A stretch of 64,000 bases of DNA from Eledone cirrhosa. Its lineage: Eukaryota. Below the pieces are notes generated by a model. It was not told where the DNA came from. It worked only from the letters and a program-made list of their open reading frames with translations, and ran no database searches. Of this stretch, positions 37,267 through 51,600 are shown one piece after another (positions within the stretch are counted from its first letter, which is position 1; every line of letters starts with the position of its first letter). The position numbers were made by a program, and so were the translations under genes. The stretch covers positions 29,760,001 to 29,824,000 of the forward strand of contig OZ024745.1 in assembly GCA_964016885.1 (NCBI GenBank), written 5' to 3'.

Positions 37267-39632
37267 CAAGATTGAACCAGTAGTAAACTAGTTGGACCAT
37301 TATTCAACAGATTACTCGATACTTGGGATAGTAGAGTATAACTATATTAGAAAGAGTGGTACCCCAACTCTTTCTCATATATTTATATTATCATCATCAT
37401 CATCATCGTTTAACGTCCATGTTCCACGCTTGCATGGGTTTGGACGGGAGTTTTCCCACTTGAGGCAAGAGTGGTTGTCATTGCTCACATAGGACTGTCT
37501 GGCGGGTTTTCTACAGCTGGATGCCCTTCCTAACACCAACCACATTTACAGTGTGGGGCTGGGAGGTTTTTACCGTGTTACCTACACGGCCACATTACAG
37601 CGTGGACTGTGTGTTTTTTTGTCGTGACACCTACACGATCTCATTTGTTTCGGCCTGGATGTTGTGGCACCAACATAACTTTACATTGAAAGGGGCAGTG
37701 TGGATGGGGTGGGGGTGGTGGGACGGGGGTGTATTTTGTTAGAGATGCCTACTGACTGTAGTAGGTTTTACTTTGTATTTAGGTAAGGCGGGTCTTCTCT
37801 ATTACTGAGTACCGCCAAAGGTCTCAGTCCAGTGACATTGTCTTGGAGAGGTGTAAGTGTGTGAGGTCGGAATTTATCAGCTCGTCCCAGGTTTTTCCGG
37901 GTCTGCCTACTCCGTGGCTACCATCTATCTTTATTGCCCTGCACTTTGTTATACAGCTATCGTCTTTCATGCGCATCACGTGACCATACCAACGTAGCCT
38001 TCTCTCGAGTAAACAACATCTGATCCCTCTTATTTCTAATTTTTTCCTTAGTTCGTTTATGCTTTGCCGTTCACGTAAATTACTATTACACATCCAGCGG
38101 AGCATGCAAGCTTCGTTCCTCTCTAGTCTGCGTATATCCACTGCACACAATGCCCAGGTCTCACTGCCATGCAACATTGCTGTTCGTATGCAGGCATCAT
38201 ACAACCTGCCTTTCATTTTTAGGGAGAACCCTTTAGCGGCTAATAGTGGTATAAGCTCTCTGAACTTTTTCCATCCAGTTCTGACTCTAGCTACTGTACT
38301 TTCAGAGCACCCTCCCCCACTGCTGATTTTGTCACCCAGGTAACGGAAGCTGTCCACTATTTCTATAGAACCCTCTGCGCAGTTGAAGGAGCTAGTATTC
38401 TGTGGGCACTTGCTGCTACTTATTGCACCAGAGCACCGGCCACATGTAAAATCTATGTTCTTAGTTAGCTTACCTGTGATCCCACTACATCTTTTATGCA
38501 CCAATACTTTGCATTTGGGACATAAAATGGAGTTTCTACCTACGCCTTTCCTACACACTGAGCATAGCCACTTCCCGGAAGGGACCGCCGCCTTATTTTC
38601 TTTCTTACAAACTAGAACTTTAGTCTTAGCCAAGTTAATTTTAAGGCCTTTTGATTCTAGGCCGTGCTTCCATGTTTGGAATTTCTTCTCTAGTTCGGCC
38701 ATTGATTCAGCTATGAGTGTCAGGTCATCTGCGTATAGGAGTTCCCAGTGGCAGCCGGTCTTGAACTCCTCTGTTATAGCCTGAAGGGCAATAATAAATA
38801 GTAGGGGGCTAAGAACAGAGCCCTGATGGACACCAACTTTTACGCTAAACTCTTCACTATATTCGTTGTTAATTCTAACCTTACTGACTGTTTCTTTATA
38901 CATGGCTTGTATAGCTCTCACAAGCCATTCGTCAACACCTAGTTTTCTAAGAGCCCACCAGATAATGGAACGGGGGACTCTGTCGAAGGCTTTCTCCAAG
39001 TCGACAAAAGCTAAGTATAGGGGTTTACTTTTAGCTAGGTACTTCTCCTGTAGTTGTCATACAATGAAAAGAGCGTCTGTGGTACTTTTGCCTGACACAA
39101 ACCCGAACTGCATTTCATCTAGATCAATTCTCTCTCTGATTAGTTGCGCTATTACTTTTTCCGTGACCTTCATGACCTGGTCGATTAATTTAATGCCTCT
39201 ATAGTTACTCCTATCTAGGGCATCTCCTTTACCCTTATAACTGTTAACGATGATGCTGCTACGCCAGTCCTTCGGAACAACCCCATTCTGTACGACTTGG
39301 TTAACTATCCAGGTGACCATGGTGTGTCCCACCGTTCCAGATGCCTTCAGCATCTCAGCAACTATTTCCGAAGGCCCAGCCGCCTTACCCGTCTTCATAT
39401 CTTTGATTGCCTTACTTATTATACTACCCTCGACTAACACTGCTGGTCCCTCTATTGGGTCGATGTGGGGGAGACTGTCTTTCTCCCATTTATTCTCCTC
39501 ATTTATATATCTTGCAATAAAGCAATTATGGTGAAGTAACCCCATCTATTCATTACTTTTAATTAATAAATATATTATACCAGCGATCTTCGTTACTTTT
39601 ATTATATTTATATATATAGGAAGTATGTATGA

Positions 39633-39670
<38 letters not shown>

Positions 39671-42600
39671 TGCACGCTGTAATGTGGCCCTGTAGGTAAC
39701 ATGGTAAAAACCTCCCTGTCTACACTGTAAACGTGGTTGGTGTTAGGAAGGGCATCCAGCCGTAGAAACCCGCCAGACAGTCCTATACGAGTAAGTCAAC
39801 CAATCTTGCCTCAAGTGGGAAAATTCCCGTCCAAACCCATGCAAGCGTGGATGGACGTTAAACAATGATGATGATGATGATTATATATATATATATATAT
39901 ATATGTGAATGTATGTATTGTGTGTAAATGTATATGTGCATGTATGTATATATTGTATGTATATATGTGTATGTGTGCATATGTATGTGTATGTATCATC
40001 AAGCTCAGTTTGGCTTGGCTCAACTCAGCTCTGTCCAGCTCGGCTTGGCTTGGCTTAACATAACTCTTCCAGCTTGACTCGGGGATCCACTTTTGGATTG
40101 CATCCGGTATCAGATCAGATCTGGTATCGGATTAGAACTGGTTTGGGATTGTGGATCCAGAATCGGATCAAATCTGATATCGGATTGGATGAACACATGT
40201 CTAGCTTAGCTCTCTCCACACTACCAATATTGTCCAAGGGAAAGTCAAAAACTGATACAAATTGGCACTATTGTTGTTGCAGCCCTTTACATTTTCCAGC
40301 TGAGTGGATTATGAACATCATGTAAGTAAAGTGGCTTGATCAAGGATACAACACACAGCTTGTTCCATGAATCGAACTCACAACCTCAGTCATGTGCCCT
40401 TATAACTGAGATCTAAGAGAATTGTCATCACCATTTCTCAGGAATATGAACCCTGATTAAATCCCCCCTACACACACACACATGCTACCAATACACACCA
40501 TCTGCTCTCAATACATAGACATCTGCTAGGTACTGTATACATATTATATAGAGTACCCCAGCACTTACATATATATACAACATATGGAAAATAGCACTAC
40601 TAGGTACTGTATATTTATTATATAGAGTAACCCAGGATTTATAAATATATATACTGTAAAATGGTTGTGTAAGCATCACGACAAAAATCACCCAGTACTC
40701 ACTGTAAATGAGGTTGGTGCTAGGAAAGGCATCCAGCTGTAGAAACCAGGCCAAAATCGGTTCTGTATGAGCAAGTCACGGTCACCTGACCCAACTTATC
40801 TCCAATGGGACAACCCATCTAACCCATGCTAGCATGGAAAATGGACGTAGATGATGATGATGATATGTATGTGTGTATGCATATATGTGTATATATATAT
40901 GTGTGTAGGTGTCACGACAAAAAGCACCCAGTCCACACTGTAACGTGGTCATGTTGGTGTCACAACAAAAAGCACCTAGTACTCACTGTAAATGAGGTTG
41001 GCACTAGGAAGGGCAACCAGCTGTAGAAACCAAGCCAGAATTGGTTGTATGAGCAAGACAGTCACCTGATCTAGCATTGCCCATAACTTATCTAACTGAT
41101 GCTAGTGTGGAAAATGGACGTTAAACGATGATGATGATGTATATAAAAGGTAAACAGAAATAACAAAACAAACGACACAGTACATGGAAGAAATATAGGA
41201 GGAAGAGAGTCTTAACGTTTTGGATACTAGTCATTCATCAGAAGATATAGTTAGAAATAGAAGATAAATAGAAAGTAAAGAGTGATAAGAGGGAGGAACA
41301 GGAAAAAATGAGGAGAAAACAGGGGAGAAAAAAAAACATATTTTCATATATATGTTGTGGCAAGGGTTTCTATAGAATACATAAAGGAAAACAGTGCTCT
41401 ATGTTATGTACAGAGCCAAATATTATTATTAATAGGGCGGTGGATTGTCAGTATCGGTAGAGGGTTGGACGCCATGCTTTGCAGCAAAGAGTTACGGCCC
41501 TTTATGGTCTGAGTTCAAATCCCGCCGAGGTTAACTTTGCCTTTCATCATTACGGGGTCGATAAAATAAAGTACCAGTAATACACTGGGATAATTGCTGG
41601 CCTTGTGCCAAAAGTAGAAACAATTATTAATAATTTCTCAATACAGTTGCTTGCTACTTAAGGCTTCAAAGCCTACTGCAGCATAAGTCATGAAGAAAGG
41701 ATCCATGCTAATTGTTGCTTATCGTTTAGGCAAGAAACAAGATGGTCGATGTTACTTTATAGAACATCTCTTCTAACTGAGGTAATAATAAAGTAGGTAT
41801 TTTTTGCTATTCAGAGAAAGTAACTCTTGAGCCTGTAAGTTTATCATTTTGAATTCACAGAAACACTCAAACACTCACATACACACAATACATAGACTAA
41901 CATAGATCACCTCTTCCATGTCCTATGCTGGTGTAAGGTCTGAAACCTTAGCTAGCAAGTAACTGCATTAAGAAATTATTAAATAATAATATATAAGACA
42001 TGGCATTATGAACATAAGTCCAATACCCCTAACTAGCAGGCCATATGCCTTCACAAAAAGTTGACTTGGTGAGATTTTAATTTAGAGCACAGAGTTGGAA
42101 CAAATTCTGAAGCATATATAATCCAACACTAATGATACTACTAATTTAAACAGCAACTTTTAAAATTGGTGATTTTATTTCACAGAACCAAAAGTGGTTT
42201 TAAGAGTGCTTGTATCAAAAGGGTTAATACAGAAAACAATGAAAATACTTACAAATTGTCCAAGTGTTTTCTTGCTAGTTGGTGTGACTTGTTCAAGGAA
42301 CTCTAAGGCATAGTATGTATAGCGATCAATAACATACACACCTATAGCTGGGTCAACATGGTGCTACAAAGAATATAAATATCATCATCATGATCACTGT
42401 TTGATATCCATTTTTCCATGCTAGCATAGTTTAGACGGTTAGATGATCATGTCTTGCTCACCCAGAACTGTTTCTGGCTTAGTTTCTAAGGCTGGATGCC
42501 CTTTGTGATGCCAACCACATTTACAACGTGGATTGCGTGCTTTTTATTGTGGTAGCAAAACAACCAACAGACAGGTTGGATTGGTACTTTTTCATTGTGT

Positions 42601-45600
42601 CACCAGCACAACCATCTTCCCGGGTGGGCTGTGTACTTTTTGTCATGTCACCAATATGACCCTTTTACAGCCTGGACTGGGTGCTTTTAGTTGTGGCACC
42701 ATCATGAACACTTTACAGGGTGGACTGGGTACTTATTTGTCATGTCCTCAACACAACCACTTTACAAGGGTGCTTATTTGTCATGTAACTAACATGACCA
42801 CTTTACAGGGTGGACTAGAGACTTTTGTTGTGTCACCAGCATGACCACCTTACAGCAATATATATATATATATATAGATAGATGTCTATTCATGTTCAAG
42901 AGCCAAAATTTTACTACTCCAATCTATATTCTATGTTTTTCCGTATGTATATTTTTTAAAGTCTGTTTTACATTTGTTTTCAGTTGGTTGACTATACAAG
43001 AGATTCATGACATGCCAAAAACACCCAGTCCACCCAGTAAAGAGGTCATGCTGGAACCATGACAAAAGCACTCAGCCCAACCTGTAATGAGGTCACACAG
43101 GTGCCATGACAAAAGCACCCAGTCCACCCTGTGAGGTGGTTGTACTGGCACCACGACAAAAAGTACCGTTCACTTTGTAAGGTGGTCATGCTGGTGATAC
43201 GGTAAAAAGCGCCCAGTCCACTTTATGTGAGTGTGCTGGTGACACATCAAAGAGCACCCAATCCATCCTGTAAGGTGACTGGCATTAGGAAGAGCATAGA
43301 AAACCAGCTGTAGAAAACCAAGCTTACAACTGACCATATAAGCAAGACGTGGCTACCTAACCTGTCTGGACTAATAATGTGACAACTTGTGTAAACCATG
43401 CAAGCATGGAAAAATCAACATTAAATGATGCTAATGATAATGATGATGTATATCATCATTATCATTAATAACAAAGGGTAAAATGTCAGATAAAATTTCA
43501 GTAAAAATAGAATTAACAAAAGTTGTTAACATATGGAAAAATTACATAACATTAGCAGTGGTATATAAAGTAGTTATATATAAAATAGCTATATATAAAG
43601 TAGTTGTGAGGATATATTAAGTAGTTATATATATAGTAGCCAAAAGATATATAATAGTGAGGATGTATAAAGTAGAGAAAAAATATAAAGCAGTGAAAAG
43701 ATATAATGTAAGGATATATAAAGTTGTGAGGAGATAAAGTAGTTATATATAATGTTGTAAGAAGATATAAAGCAGAGATCTACTTACTGAGAGTGAGTCT
43801 TCTCCAACATGGCTACTAGCCACAGCAAGTATGTTGGGAGAATAAAACTTCTGATACATGGATTCTGCTTGGCAAGTGTCGATCATGAAGAATATCTCAT
43901 GGTATCTATGGTAACAGAAACATGGAGAATCGATGGTCTTGGTGGCGATTTTGTTAGTGGTGGTGGTAGTTATAATAGTGGTGGTTTTGGTAGAGGTGGT
44001 TGTAATTGTGGTGATGGTGTTGATTGTCTTGTGGTGATGTTGTTAGTGGTGGTTTTGTTGGTGTAAGTAAGAATGGTAGTGGAGATGATGGTGATAGTGG
44101 TGGGGGGTAACAGCTATGAGAGAAAGAGAAAGGGAGAGGTAAATAGAGAGAGGGAGAAAGTGATGAGAGATAAAGAGAGGGAGGGAGAAAGGCACCAACC
44201 TCCGTTTCTGCCACATCTGTTCAAAGGCATCAGCTAATTCCACATTGGATATTTCTTCAGAGTCTTGGAACTTCAGGAATCCATCACCACCATGGCCTGT
44301 ATGATAGAATTATTAGTATAGCCACTCTCTATGTTGGATATTTGACCTGCTAGAAATAACAAACTAATCCTCTTCAAATAATATACTGCCTGCCATCTTA
44401 ACCCTTTTGTATTAGCATTTCTAATGAAATACATTCTATTTTGATTAATTAATGATGAATTTTGAGGGATTTACTAAAATTATAAATTATTTTATAAGAT
44501 TCTTATATGAAATTATGATGGAAGATTTTAATTTAAATCAGAACGCTTTACAATTGGTGGTTTAGTTTGGGTTGGATGGGTCCTTTTCAACAAGACATCT
44601 CTCCACTCAATGATACATTTAACCCATGCAAGCATGGAAAAATGGATGTAAAAACGATGAGGATAATGAGAACCAGATCCAGTTTTGTATCAAAAAGGAT
44701 AACACCTTTGATACCAACCCAGCTGATACTACACTTGGTTCTTTATGTAAGAACCACTGTTAACTTACATTCCAAAGTTAGTTACAAGCATATGACAACC
44801 TCTTTAGTGCTCTCCCCAATAAAATATACCCAGTACACTCTGTAAAATAGTAGTGTTGGTGCCATGAAAAAAATGCACCCAGTACACTTTGTAAAGTGAT
44901 AATACTGGTGTCACAATAACATATACCCAGTGCACTCTGTAAAGTGGATGGCATTAGAAAGGGCAACCAGCCATCAAAAACGTACCAAATATACAACAAA
45001 CAAGCAAAATTTAAGTAGTCGCCCAAGCTGTCTAGTCACAGACTGTGACAACCCATGATAGATGTAAAATGATGATGATGATGATGCCACAATAAAAATG
45101 CACTCAGTCCACTCTGTAAGGTGATCATGCTGGTAATAACAAAAAGCACCCAATACACCCTGTAAGGTGGTAGTGCTGGTTACATAACAAAAAGCACCCA
45201 GTCCTCCCTGTAAAGTGGTTGGCTTTATGAAAGGCCTCAAGTTGTAGAAAATCAATCTAAAAACAGATCATATGAGCAAGACATAGCTACCTAACCTGGC
45301 TGGACTGATAATGTGATAACCTGTGTGAATCATGCAAACATAGAAAATGGAGATTAAATTATGATGATAGCGGTAAGCTAAGCTAAACAAACTTACCTGT
45401 CATATAAACCAATATGTTACTTCTCTCATCAGACAACAGTCGCTTGGACCTCGGAGTACTGGGGGGAAGACGACCAGTCAGAACACGCACAAAGTTCTCC
45501 ACAGTCACCTAGCAACAGAACTAGGTCTTAAAACAGTGTCTATATTTGAGTACGTGTGCATGTGTGTGGTATATTTGTGTATATGCATGTCTGTGTGCCT

Positions 45601-48600
45601 TTGTGTACATATATATGTGAATGTGTATGTGCACCTTTGTGTGTATGAGTATATATATCTTTGTGTGCATTTCAAAGGAGGTTTCTTGTGTTTTAATGAT
45701 AGAAGTCCCAGTCCTATCGTGTTGTTACAACTCACACCTATGTGTGATTTTAGTTTTTAGTTTTTTTTTCCCATTTTTTTTTATTACTTGTCTCACTAGT
45801 TCTTTTTGATTACCAACTGTAAAGAGTACTCAATAATTCCTCTAGTCTCTCATTTCTTACTAGCTCTGTACAGACGTTTAAATTGAATAAATAAATAAAT
45901 AAATGTAGATTTAACTGGCCTCCTATGAAATGCAACCTCATAGGAATATTCTTGGGTGTTTCATTGATAGAGACCCCAGTCCTATCATGAAAAGCAACAT
46001 GAAATAAAATATTTTGCTCAAGAACACAATGCACTGCTTTTTATAAGTTAATGACAGTTGCGAGATGATGTGAGAGGTTTAAACCTCACAAACGACATCA
46101 AATTATAAAATATGATACTCTCTAGATAATAGTAAATGAACCACTACCTCCTTACGGAAAACGCTGCACACCAGGTCCGAACACAGAAGAGCCGAACTCC
46201 TACTGTCATCGGCTTCATCTCTCTCGCCTTCCCCATCTCTCTCTATTACGAGCAAATGGGGTCCCACATGCTGGCCACCCCACGGCCCCGGCGGACAGAA
46301 TGGAGAAGGCATTTCTTCAGAGGATGGTAAGGGAGATGTGCTGGAAGAGTCATTCCATCTTGCGAGGCTCACACCTGTGGCTAGCCAGCTCAGCACCTAT
46401 GGTGGTAAGTAGGGAGGTAGCCCTAGGGCCAAGGACACCAGAAGTCTCCACTGCTAGGTGCTCGACTGCAAACCTGTCGGAGAGCAACCGGTACTTGGAG
46501 AGTTTGGTCCTAGAATGAAACCTTATGATCATGAGTGGAACACCCTAACTATAAGTCCACTCACCTTCACAACAAAATATGATGGAGTGATATCTATAGT
46601 AAAATAAATAAGTTTAGTTGATCATTACCTCATAACCACGATAATCCACTTCTACATCATCACCATAAACATTTATGTGTTGATTAGCATTGTTAAATAC
46701 AGTCCCTGAAAATATAATGGTAGTAATACAGTTCATAACAGGTCAATAATCAATAAAAACATAAACAAAACTTCAATGCTTTCTTAATATCTATATAAAT
46801 ATATAACCCTTATTGAGTCCTCTCTGGATTTTGGTCTTTGTATTCATCATTACTACCATTATTATATCGGTGGATTGGCAGTATCGGTAGAGGGTCGGAC
46901 ACCATGCTTTCCAGCATAGTTACGTCCCTTTACGATCCGAGTTCAAATCCCGCCGAGGTTAACTTTGCCTTTCATCCTTACAGGGTCGATAAAATAAAGT
47001 ACCAGTAATGCACTGGGTAATTGCTGGCCTTGTGCCTAAAGTAGAAACAATTATTATATATAGTGTAAATATGGTTGGTGTTAGGAAGGGCATCCAGTTG
47101 TAAAAAAAACCTGCCAGAGACGCTTCCGTGCGAGCGAGACATGGTCTCCTGACCACTCCCACATCAAAGAGAACAAAACCGTGAAACCCATGCTAGCGTG
47201 GAAGATGGATGTTAAACAATGATGATGATGATATATATATTATGTTGGTTTGTAAATGTGGTTGGTGTTAGGAAGGGCATCCAACTGTAGAAAACCAGCC
47301 AGAAACAGTCCTATATGAGCAACCCAACTTGCCTCTAATGGGACAAGCCCATTGAACCCATGCTAGCGTGGAAGATAGACGTTAAACGATGATGATATAT
47401 ATATATATGACACACACAGAAGTTGATAGATAGGTACTTACCAGGATGTGGGTTTCTAGCATTACAGGCCATATCATCAGCAACCATCAGTATAATGTGA
47501 CTGGAATATATAAGTTAAGACACTGTCATCATCATCACTATCATTGCCATCATCAACATCACTACCATAACTCTCACTATAATTATGACACTTCCCACCA
47601 CCATTACTGCCGCTATCACCACCACCATCAACAACATGAACACCAGATTCCCAACTACTACCACTGTCAAAAATTACCATTAATTTGTCAAAGAATTATG
47701 ACAGCCATGCTCCTTATCCCCCTTCAAGTACATATTTAAAATATTTCTTAATATATAATACAACCCCTGTTTCTGAAGCTAAAAAACAGGAACAAATTAC
47801 CTTATCCTCATTGTCCTTTGGTATTATATGACCTCCAGGGTACAGCCACATCTATGAAAATGTGTGTAAATTTGTACCATGTTATCCATCAAATCTCGAA
47901 TATAAGCTGACCGCCTCTATTTATGTCTGAGAAATAGGCGAAAATCCAAACCCTGTTTATAAACCGAGGCAGCTAATGAACACATTGTTTAGATGGTGTA
48001 TATAAGACAACCTCACATTTTACCATGATCTTATGTAGTTCTTTTATTAATATATTCTATCAATTTCCTGTCTTTGAGACCAACATTGTTCAATTACACT
48101 GATTCCAAAATAACAAATATTGCCAATATATCAAATACCATTTGTAAATAATTGTTATCAACACATATATGTAATCTTGCCATTTGAAACAAGTATTTTT
48201 AAGATCAGTAAATATTTCTGGAAATATGTACATGTATATATTACACCCAGATTATTTTGCTATTAATATTAGTTCAAAATGTCTTGTATTATATACTAGA
48301 AAATACAGTACCTGTCAGGTATTCCTAATCGCTTCACACTTCGGTAAATAGATAACACGTTTGCTACATGACGGTAATTGAACCAGAATCGGGATGTGTC
48401 TACAAGAACTGCCCAGTTATTAGTGTGTCCACTCTGGAAAAACTCATTAATTTTCTCCTGGAAATAAATCAAATAATTAATAAGATTTAACACTTTTATG
48501 ACTGTATTTCTAATGAAATAAGCAATTAATTAAAGATGAATTTTGAGAGATTTACAAAAATTATTATTTCAATGAAATTATGTTAGATTTTAATATAGAT

Positions 48601-51600
48601 CAAATCTCCTTAAAATGGGAGCATTTTGTTTTGTAGAAATAAAGCAAGTTTTGACTGGTTTAGTATCAAAGGGGTTAATGAAGAATTTGGTAGGATTTAC
48701 TAAAATTATTAATTATTTCGGAAAAAATGAAACGAAATTTCATTTCTCACTCTTAGTACGGCTGTTACTTAAATATAAGTATGTATACGTACATACATAT
48801 ATGTATACAAACGTACAGTAGTATGTATATATATATACATACATGCACACATATATATATGTACGTATGGATTCACCGAACATAATATAACTTAAATATA
48901 ACATTGCTGACGATAGCTAATAAGCTTGAAACTAGTACAGCGTTTCTTTGTCATTGTTGAACAAATGAGCAACGATGGTTGCTAGACACTGTACGGCTTA
49001 ATCCGGGATGTTTGTTTACAAACACACCGAGCATTATAATAAATGTTCGGTGAATCCATACGTACATATATATATGTGTGCATGTATGTATATATATATA
49101 CATACTACAGTACGTCTGTATACATATATATGTATGTACGTATACATACTTATATTTAAGTAACAGCCGTACTAAGAGTGAGAAATGAAATTTCGTTTAA
49201 TTTTTTTCCGTTTATCGTTTTCGGTACCCCGGCCGATTAACTCACTCGATATGCAAATTAGGCTGCTCAGCCGTTAATATGCATAAGGAAAGTATATACT
49301 TTCAGTACATATATATATGTGTGCATGTATGTATGTATATATACATACTACTGTACGTCTGTATACATATATGTATGTACGTATACATACTTATATTAAT
49401 TATTTCATTTGTGGCATATAGTTACATCTCTTTATGTTCTGAGTTCAAATCCCGATGAGGTTAGCTTTGCCTTTCTTCTTTAGGGGGTCAATAAAATACC
49501 AGTAATGCATTGGGGTTAATTAGATCGACTTTCCCCTCTACTCAAAATTGTTGGTTGTGTGCCTAAATCAGAAACCCTTATTAATTATTTCATTTGATTG
49601 GGAGACCTCCATTAGTTTTGACAATGAGTGTTCCAATTGTTCGATCAATGGAACAGCCTGCTCATGAAATTAATGTCTAAGTGGTTGAACATTCCACAAA
49701 CACATCTTTTCTTAATATAATTCTCAGGAAGATTCAGTATGAAAGAGTATGTGACAAGGCTAGCCCTTTGAATTACATGTACATTCCATCTACAAGCTAC
49801 CAAACATTTTCTGTCTACTCAGTTTCACTTACAAGGGTTGGATCAACTCGGGGCTGAGGTAAATGACATTTGCTCCAGATACCATGCAGTGGGATGGAAC
49901 CTGGGACCTCATGATTGTAAAGTAAACCTCCTAACCATTCATCCTGTCACATTCAAAGCGTTCAGAAGAACAAGACAGTCGATGTTGAAATTGTTATCAT
50001 CGTGCCTGGTTATTTCAGCGACTTGGCCTTGCCATTCACCCGTGGTAATGCTGCAAGCGTGTTGGCTTGCCTCAAAGTGTGTAGTTAACCCCTAAGGTGT
50101 GAGGTGCAGCTGATTGTCGCACTTGGTGGTGAATTGCGCCCCCTCTCTTTTTTCTTTCTTTTATCATTATTGTTTAATGAATTATATTATTATATTGGCA
50201 TTGGTAAAATATAACGTCCGGGAAAGTGAAACTAATTTTTATGACAAGTGAATGTGTTTGTTTTGTTTTTTTTTACACTGAAAATTACGATACAGTTTGT
50301 TTATTTACAACAGGTCTCTATAGTGATATGGTGTTAATTAGTATTGCGTGTGTGATTATTTTCTCATATATATATGTGTGTGGGTGTGTATATGTGTGTA
50401 TATATATGTGTCTGTATGTATATATATATATATGTGTGTTTGTATATATATATGTGTTTGTGTCATCATCATCGTTTAGATGTTTTTGTAATATCTTGCC
50501 AAAGTTGGCACCAACTTTCTGTCCCCCAAAGAAATTAAGGCCGGGTCATAAGAAGGACAGAGAATGATAAAGGATTTGGGTCAGAGGGGCAGCTTGGGGT
50601 CAGAAAGGCAGATAGGCGGAAAGTTGGTGCCAACTTTGGCAAGATATTACAAAAACATCTAAACGATGATGATGACACAAACACATATATATATACAAAC
50701 ACACATATATATATACATAGACAGACATATACACACCCACAGATATATATATAAGAGAAAATAATCACACACGCAATACTATTTAACACCATATCACTAT
50801 AGAGACCTGTTGTAAATAAACAAACTGTATCGTAATTTTCAGTGTAAAAAAAAAAAAACAAACACATTCACTTGTCATAAAAATTAGTTTCACTTTCCCG
50901 GACGTTATATTTTACCAATGCCATTATATTTTTATACAGTAATCATATACAAGTGAAAATATACAAGATGGGCTGTACTTGTAATTAACAGAGTGTGGCA
51001 CTCTGAATCTATCCAAGAAGTACGCTAAATGTACACGTATCTCTGGAATATTCAACCAATAACACTATAATTGTTTCTACTTTTGGCACAAGGCCAGTAA
51101 TTACCCAGTGCATTACTGGTACTTTATTTTATCGACCCCGTAAGGATGAAAAGCAAAGTTGACCTCGACGGGATTTGAACTCAGACTGTAACTATGCTGG
51201 AAAGCATGGCGCCCGACCCTGAAAGTACCTGTAATTCAAAAGGAACAGCCTTGTCACACACCGAGTCACGCTGAATCTCCTCTAGAATTAAGTTAAGAGT
51301 ATGTGTGTGAGTAGAATACTCAACCACATACACTATAAAAGATGTACTGAAGCTGTAATTCAAATAGTCAGCTATGTTGCATCTCCCTGAAAATTATATT
51401 AATGTGCCTGTGGAATGCCCTGTCACTTATACTATAAGATGAAGTAATTCAAAAGGCCAGCCTTGTTACATAGTGTCCCACTGAACTTACCTTAGAACTA
51501 CAGTAAGGGTATTACACATGTCTGTAGAATGCTCAGCCACTTGCACGCAGGGCCGGATTTAGATTTGATGAGGCCCTAAGCTATTTGAGATAATGGGGCC

